From contig CBDCTJ010000007.1 in assembly GCA_965222115.1 (NCBI GenBank), positions 128,001-192,000 on the forward strand: a stretch of DNA of 64,000 bases. Reading direction: 5' to 3'. The notes under the pieces were generated by a model. It saw nothing but the letters and a program-made list of their open reading frames with translations, did no database searches and was not told where the DNA came from. The translations under genes were made by a program, and so were the position numbers. The stretch comes from Planctomycetota bacterium (GTDB lineage Bacteria > Planctomycetota > PLA2 > JAEUHO01). This document shows, one piece after another, positions 59,452 through 64,000 of the stretch (position 1 is its first letter; every line of letters starts with the position of its first letter).

Positions 59452-60308
59452 ACGAGTTGGTGAAGGTAGGCGCCGTACGACGAGCTTTGATACCGCGCCG
59501 CTTGGGCGGCAAGTTGTTCGCAATCAATCCATCCGTTTCGGAATGCAATTTCTTCCAAGCACCCAACCGATATGCGTTGCCGCTGTTCGATAGCATGTAT
59601 GAAGGAACTTGCTTGCAACATGGATTCGTGTGTACCTGTATCCATCCAAGCAATGCCACGTCCTAGCTGGGCCACCGTCAGCGTGCCTGCACCTAGGTAG
59701 GCACGATTGATGTCGGTAATCTCGAGTTCGCCTCGCGCAGACGGCGTGAGGGAGGAAGCAAGCTCAAGCACGCGATTGTCATACACGTAGAGGCCCGTGA
59801 CGGCCCATGGCGAACGCGGCTGCGAGGGCTTTTCCTCAATGGCGAGCGCACACCCCTGCGCGTCCAGGGTTACAACGCCATACCGCTCGGGATCATGCAC
59901 TTGGCAGACGAAAATGGTGGCGCCCGTCTCGCGCGCCGTGGCCGCAAGCAGATGGTCTTCGAGACCCGCACCAAAGAACAGGTTGTCGCCAAGGACAAGC
60001 GCCACGGCGTCGTTCCCGATAAACGCACGGCCGAGAACGAACGCCTGGGCAATGCCTTCGGGGCGTGGCTGCACCGCGTACGAATAGGCAACGCCAAACT
60101 GTGATCCGTCGCCCAACACGTCTTGGATACGCGGCATGTCCTTTGGGGTGCCAATCACCAAAATGTCGCGAATTCCGGCTTGTAGTAGCACACTCAGCGA
60201 GTAATAAATCAACGGCTTGTTGTAGATCGGCAAGAGTTGCTTGCAAACCGCATCGGTGACCGGCGCAAGTCGCGTCCCCGTGCCTCCCGCAAGTACAATC
60301 CCCTTCAT
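59439..60308 (-). CDS. rmlA: glucose-1-phosphate thymidylyltransferase
   Basis: [45 protein letters not shown]. Confidence 0.95.
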   Translation of the reverse strand: MKGIVLAGGTGTRLAPVTDAVCKQLLPIYNKPLIYYSLSVLLQAGIRDILVIGTPKDMPRIQDVLGDGSQFGVAYSYAVQPRPEGIAQAFVLGRAFIGNDAVALVLGDNLFFGAGLEDHLLAATARETGATIFVCQVHDPERYGVVTLDAQGCALAIEEKPSQPRSPWAVTGLYVYDNRVLELASSLTPSARGELEITDINRAYLGAGTLTVAQLGRGIAWMDTGTHESMLQASSFIHAIEQRQRISVGCLEEIAFRNGWIDCEQLAAQAARYQSSSYGAYLHQLVQRA

Positions 60309-60424
60309 GGGAGGATGCTCCATCGACGGACTTAGATTACGCTTGAGGCGCCGAGCGGAGCCGATCCGCTGCGGGGGTCGAATGCTAACGCTAGTAGCAA
60401 TCATCAACGTGAAAGAAGCGAGCG

Positions 60425-61462
60425 ATGACGTCCGTGACACCGCGCGATGAGACCATCGTTGTAACGGGCGGCGCTGGCTTTGTTGGCAGTGCTCTAGTGC
60501 GGCGGCTCTTGCGGCGCGACACCGCGCCGACCGTGATTTCGTTTGATGCACTTTCCTATGCGGGCCACCGCGAGAATTTGAGCGACCTCGACGACCCTTC
60601 GCGGCACACGCTTGTCGTGGGTGATATTGCAAATGCACGAGATGTTCAGCACTTGTTTGACGATACGAAGCCGACGGCACTCATCAATGTGGCTGCCGAA
60701 ACGCATGTCGATCGTAGCAACGTAAGCGCCATCGACTTCGTGCGCACCAACGTTCTGGGCACGCAGACGCTACTCGAGGCGGCTCGGCACGCAGGGATTC
60801 CCATGGTGCACGTTTCGACGGACGAAGTCTATGGGAGTCTGCGTGCGCCCGATCGTGCACGTCCTACATGTCCGCTACGCCCTACAAATCCGTATGCAGC
60901 CAGCAAAGCCGCGGGCGATCTCATGGCGCTCGCCGCACTCAAGACGCATGGCCAAGACGTCCGGATCACACGCTGCACGAACAACTACGGGCCACGCCAG
61001 ATGCCCGAAAAACTGATTCCACTCATGACGTTGCGGGCGCTCGCCGGGCAACCGATGCCGCTCTACGGCGATGGCCTTCACACGCGCGATTGGATTCACG
61101 TGGATGATCATGCCTCGGGCATTGTGGCCGCGCTTGACCGTGGCACGCCAGGCGCGATTTATCACTTCACAGCCAACTGCCCACGCACGAATCTCGACAT
61201 TGTTCGTGAGGTTACGAAGTACACCGGTGCGAGCGAATTGCTGATTCGACACGTCGACGATCGACCCGCACACGACCGGCGATACGCACTGGACGACGAG
61301 TCCACGCGCAGCGAGCTTGGCTGGGCACCCGTTGTTCCCTTTGCCTCAGGTCTTGAAGAGACCGTTCGGTGGTTTGGCGATCACCTCGACTGGTGCCGCG
61401 CCACCGGCTCCGAAAACATGCGCTCGTTTCTAAGAGCAAACTACGAAGCGCGCGGCACCTAA
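60425..61462 (+). CDS. rmlB: dTDP-glucose 4,6-dehydratase
   Basis: [43 protein letters not shown]. Confidence 0.95.
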   Translation: MTSVTPRDETIVVTGGAGFVGSALVRRLLRRDTAPTVISFDALSYAGHRENLSDLDDPSRHTLVVGDIANARDVQHLFDDTKPTALINVAAETHVDRSNVSAIDFVRTNVLGTQTLLEAARHAGIPMVHVSTDEVYGSLRAPDRARPTCPLRPTNPYAASKAAGDLMALAALKTHGQDVRITRCTNNYGPRQMPEKLIPLMTLRALAGQPMPLYGDGLHTRDWIHVDDHASGIVAALDRGTPGAIYHFTANCPRTNLDIVREVTKYTGASELLIRHVDDRPAHDRRYALDDESTRSELGWAPVVPFASGLEETVRWFGDHLDWCRATGSENMRSFLRANYEARGT

Positions 61463-61481
61463 CCACCGACTGGGACCGATC

Positions 61482-62114
61482 ATGGCGTACGACGAGCGGC
61501 TAGCTATTGCTGACATCACAGATGCCCTCGCAGGCATCGACATCTACGTGCTGGATCAGATCATGCGCGGTCGGTTGACGGCCAACCAGCGAGTGTTGGA
61601 TGTCGGGTGTGGCGCGGGAAGGAACGTGTCGCTCTTGATGGCGGCAGGTGCTGATGTGCATGGTGTGGATACGTCGGAGAGCACGATCGACGCGATTCGT
61701 AGGCGTGCGTTGCAGTTCGGCCTGGGCGACGTGGAAGAACGATTTAGGACGGCGGACGCGGCGGACTTGCCCCATGAAGACAACAGCTTTGATGCGGTCA
61801 TCTGCTGCGCGGTGCTTCACTTTGCGAGGGACGAGCTTCACTTTGACAACATGATCACGTCGTTGCGACGGGTATTGAAACCAGGAGGACTCCTTGTTGC
61901 GCGCCTCGCCTCGTCAATCGGCATCAAACAACTTGTTCAGCCTTTAGGAAAGGGGCAGTTTCGTATCCCGGACGGCTCAACGCGCTACCTCGTGAGTGAA
62001 GAGGACCTGCTACACCAGACTGAGCGTATCGGTGGCGAGCTACTCGATCCGATTAAGACCACCAATGTCCAGAATCTGCGCTGCATGACCACGTGGTGTG
62101 TGCGGTTGATGTAA
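61482..62114 (+). CDS. class I SAM-dependent methyltransferase
   Basis: VLDVGCGAGRN, FDAVIC.AVLHF, LKPGG. Confidence 0.9.
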   Translation: MAYDERLAIADITDALAGIDIYVLDQIMRGRLTANQRVLDVGCGAGRNVSLLMAAGADVHGVDTSESTIDAIRRRALQFGLGDVEERFRTADAADLPHEDNSFDAVICCAVLHFARDELHFDNMITSLRRVLKPGGLLVARLASSIGIKQLVQPLGKGQFRIPDGSTRYLVSEEDLLHQTERIGGELLDPIKTTNVQNLRCMTTWCVRLM

Positions 62115-62255
62115 CCGCCATGCGCGGCAGAAGGGCAGCGAATAGCTTCTTGCGCCCAATTGATGTTGGATCGATGACTTCTTCCTGTGCCCACGGCTCT
62201 ACGTGTACACTCCCGGACTTCAACATCGAATTTGATTCAGCACTAAGGAGCTGTT

Positions 62256-62744
62256 ATGCGGACTTTTCTGACTTTGAGCGTGATGGTCGCGGGGCTCACG
62301 CTCGCGAGCTGCGGTGGAACGGCCACGGCGACAGGACCGGTTGGGTCTTGGGTCGTCGATCGCTCACAGACGCAACCACAAATCGAGAAGATGATGGCCG
62401 AGAAGGCGGGCATGCCGGGCGCAACCATGGACGACCTCTACGCAAAAATGCCTGAGGCCGCGCGAGACATGGTCAAAGAGCAGGTCGACAATATGTGGAA
62501 GATGATCGGAAGCGTAAAGGCGAAGCTGGACGCAGACAACACATACGAAATGCGATTCACGGAAGAAGATGGCAAGGCAAAGGTTCGCACTGGCAAGTGG
62601 TCGATCAATGGTGAGAACGTCACATTCACGCCCGACGACAAGGATCATACAGGCGATGTCCCTGACAGCGTCTTGTTTCGTAACGGCATGCTGGAGCTCA
62701 GCGGCAAAGGAATGCCCATTACGGTATTCATGACGCGCGGCTAA
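62256..62744 (+). CDS. lipoprotein, lipocalin-like barrel with helical insertion (paralog 1)
   Basis: LAS-C lipobox, GP.G.W motif, G.W near the C-terminus. Confidence 0.75.
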   Translation: MRTFLTLSVMVAGLTLASCGGTATATGPVGSWVVDRSQTQPQIEKMMAEKAGMPGATMDDLYAKMPEAARDMVKEQVDNMWKMIGSVKAKLDADNTYEMRFTEEDGKAKVRTGKWSINGENVTFTPDDKDHTGDVPDSVLFRNGMLELSGKGMPITVFMTRG

Positions 62745-62907
62745 CCTATGGCCAAGCGTTCAGTGAACTTTCGCTGACCAAATAGTACATTCGCCGACGC
62801 GCCGCGCGCCCCTGCCACTCCCTGTGACTCGAGATACCTGAGTACGACGGACTGGCGTGTGACGGGTTCGCGGCGCGCGGTCGTTTTGGCGACAGGAAGG
62901 AGCAACC

Positions 62908-63450
62908 ATGCGTACGTTCGCGATGCTGGGTGCAATGGCGCTATCAATATCGCTTACAGCGTGTGGCAGAGATACAACTACGCTAGCTGGACCCGATGGA
63001 GTGTGGGTCCTCAACGTCGCGAGTACCGAGAGAGAGTTCGTTGAGAACCGGGTTGAGATCGCGATGGAACTGATGAAGGAGCAATTTAAAGAAATGCTCG
63101 AAGACATTCCAGAAGCCAATCGGCCAATGGCAGCTGCCAAACTTAGAGAGAAACTTGCGAGTCCCGAATCCGGCGCGCGATTGGAAAAGACACTGAGGCC
63201 CGTACTTGATCGGCTTTCTAACTGTAGGATCGAGCTCAAGCCCGGTGGCGCGTATCGGGCATCGCTCATCAACATGGATGGCATCCCTAGAGAGGATGAG
63301 GGCCAGTGGCGGCTGCGTGGCAACCGGGTCGAATTCAAGTCAGATCAATCAGACGCCTACGAAGGAGAGGTCGACGTCACTTTTGCAAACAATGCGTTGC
63401 GCCTAACCATTAGCAGATTTCCCTTTTCCGTGCACATGCGGCGCAAATAG
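62908..63450 (+). CDS. lipoprotein (paralog 2)
   Basis: LTA-C lipobox, GPDGVW; same layout as paralog 1. Confidence 0.75.
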   Translation: MRTFAMLGAMALSISLTACGRDTTTLAGPDGVWVLNVASTEREFVENRVEIAMELMKEQFKEMLEDIPEANRPMAAAKLREKLASPESGARLEKTLRPVLDRLSNCRIELKPGGAYRASLINMDGIPREDEGQWRLRGNRVEFKSDQSDAYEGEVDVTFANNALRLTISRFPFSVHMRRK

Positions 63451-63497
63451 GAAGGCCGTCTAAATGGTCGGGGGCGTCTCGCGCCTGGTCAACCACT

Positions 63498-64000
63498 TTA
63501 CTTCCCAGAATCCGGTTCGTTGGCCTGCCCGCTTCGAGATGGCTCCGCGTCACGCGACTTACTAAGCGCACCTACCAATGCCTTCTCTAGTTTCGCAACA
63601 TCGAAACCACGCGGCCCTCGATCGCCACGAAACGCAACCGTGCCAGCCGGTGCCAAGAGGAAGAGGCGATCCGGATCCGCGGCGTAGGCCTTCGACACCG
63701 TGTCGTTCATGTCGTCCACAAGCACCGGAATGGTGAGTCCGAGGTCCTTGGCGCATTTGCCCGCAACCTTGGAACGCGCTTCAAACGTCTTGGGGTCTTC
63801 CAACTTGATGTGTGATGCGGGGCGGCGCCATCCATCCGTGGGATGCGCTTCGCGTATATAGATCAAATGAAAGTCGGCTTGAGTCTTGTACTTGTTGTAG
63901 AGCGCTTCCAGGCGACCTGCCTGGCGTGTAAAGGGCCCTCAAGTGTGAGAGCCAAAGATCAAGACCGTAAAGCGCGTCGGACGACCGAGATCGATCACTT
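63498..64000 (-). CDS. iodothyronine deiodinase-like selenoprotein (5' end outside the window)
   Basis: Frame reads VLIFGSHT-U(TGA at 63939-63941)-GPF...IYIREAHPTDGW...VDDM...Y.A.PDRL. Confidence 0.88.
63908..63924 (-). promoter_or_regulatory. bacterial SECIS-like hairpin CCAGGC-AGGUC-GCCUGG
   Basis: Begins 14 nt 3' of the in-frame UGA; apical GCAGGUC resembles the E. coli fdhF SECIS loop. Confidence 0.75.

Noticed and set aside
59439-60680. 413-aa RmlA with N-terminal extension
   Set aside because: The extension overlaps rmlB on the opposite strand; canonical MKGIVLAGG starts at 60308

Overview
64 kb of GC-rich (about 60%) bacterial DNA. It is most likely from Planctomycetota or a related PVC/uncultured lineage, inferred from a TIGR02999-type ECF sigma coupled to a Ser/Thr kinase, ECF sigmas with huge membrane-anchored extensions, and many orphan lipoproteins. 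Almost all of it is accessory. (1) An approximately 9.7 kb island-like block lies between two copies of an ~80-bp direct repeat. It carries a tRNA 3'-end fragment, a divergent HPPD, an IS5 remnant and an ECF-kinase/ATPase-small ORF operon. Divergent from that operon are an unannotated 66-aa cationic peptide gene coupled to a very acidic 106-aa partner, followed by a PG-binding/CHAP hydrolase. (2) Two extension-type ECF sigmas, a serine hydrolase, a divergent NlpC/P60-SH3 lipoprotein, a DMT pair and LtrA. (3) A Fur/Zur-controlled metal-uptake block, with a degenerate copy of the fur 3' end 6.6 kb away. (4) nrfHA with an all-CXXCH NrfA. (5) A RIO kinase preceded by a putative leader peptide, a flotillin/NfeD pair and other housekeeping-type genes. 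(6) An ECF sigma / anti-sigma-like / TPR-CHAT (caspase-fold) / S8-protease lipoprotein module. It has a repeated candidate promoter (TGTATCAG-N14/15-CCTCTA) that also precedes the divergent acidic lipoprotein gene. (7) A complete ISL3 element with an 8-bp TSD, inserted in a terminator. (8) rmlA, rmlB and a plant-type NRS/ER instead of rmlC/rmlD. (9) At the right edge, a deiodinase-like selenoprotein with an in-frame TGA and a SECIS hairpin. All family calls come from motif recognition by eye; no database searches were run.
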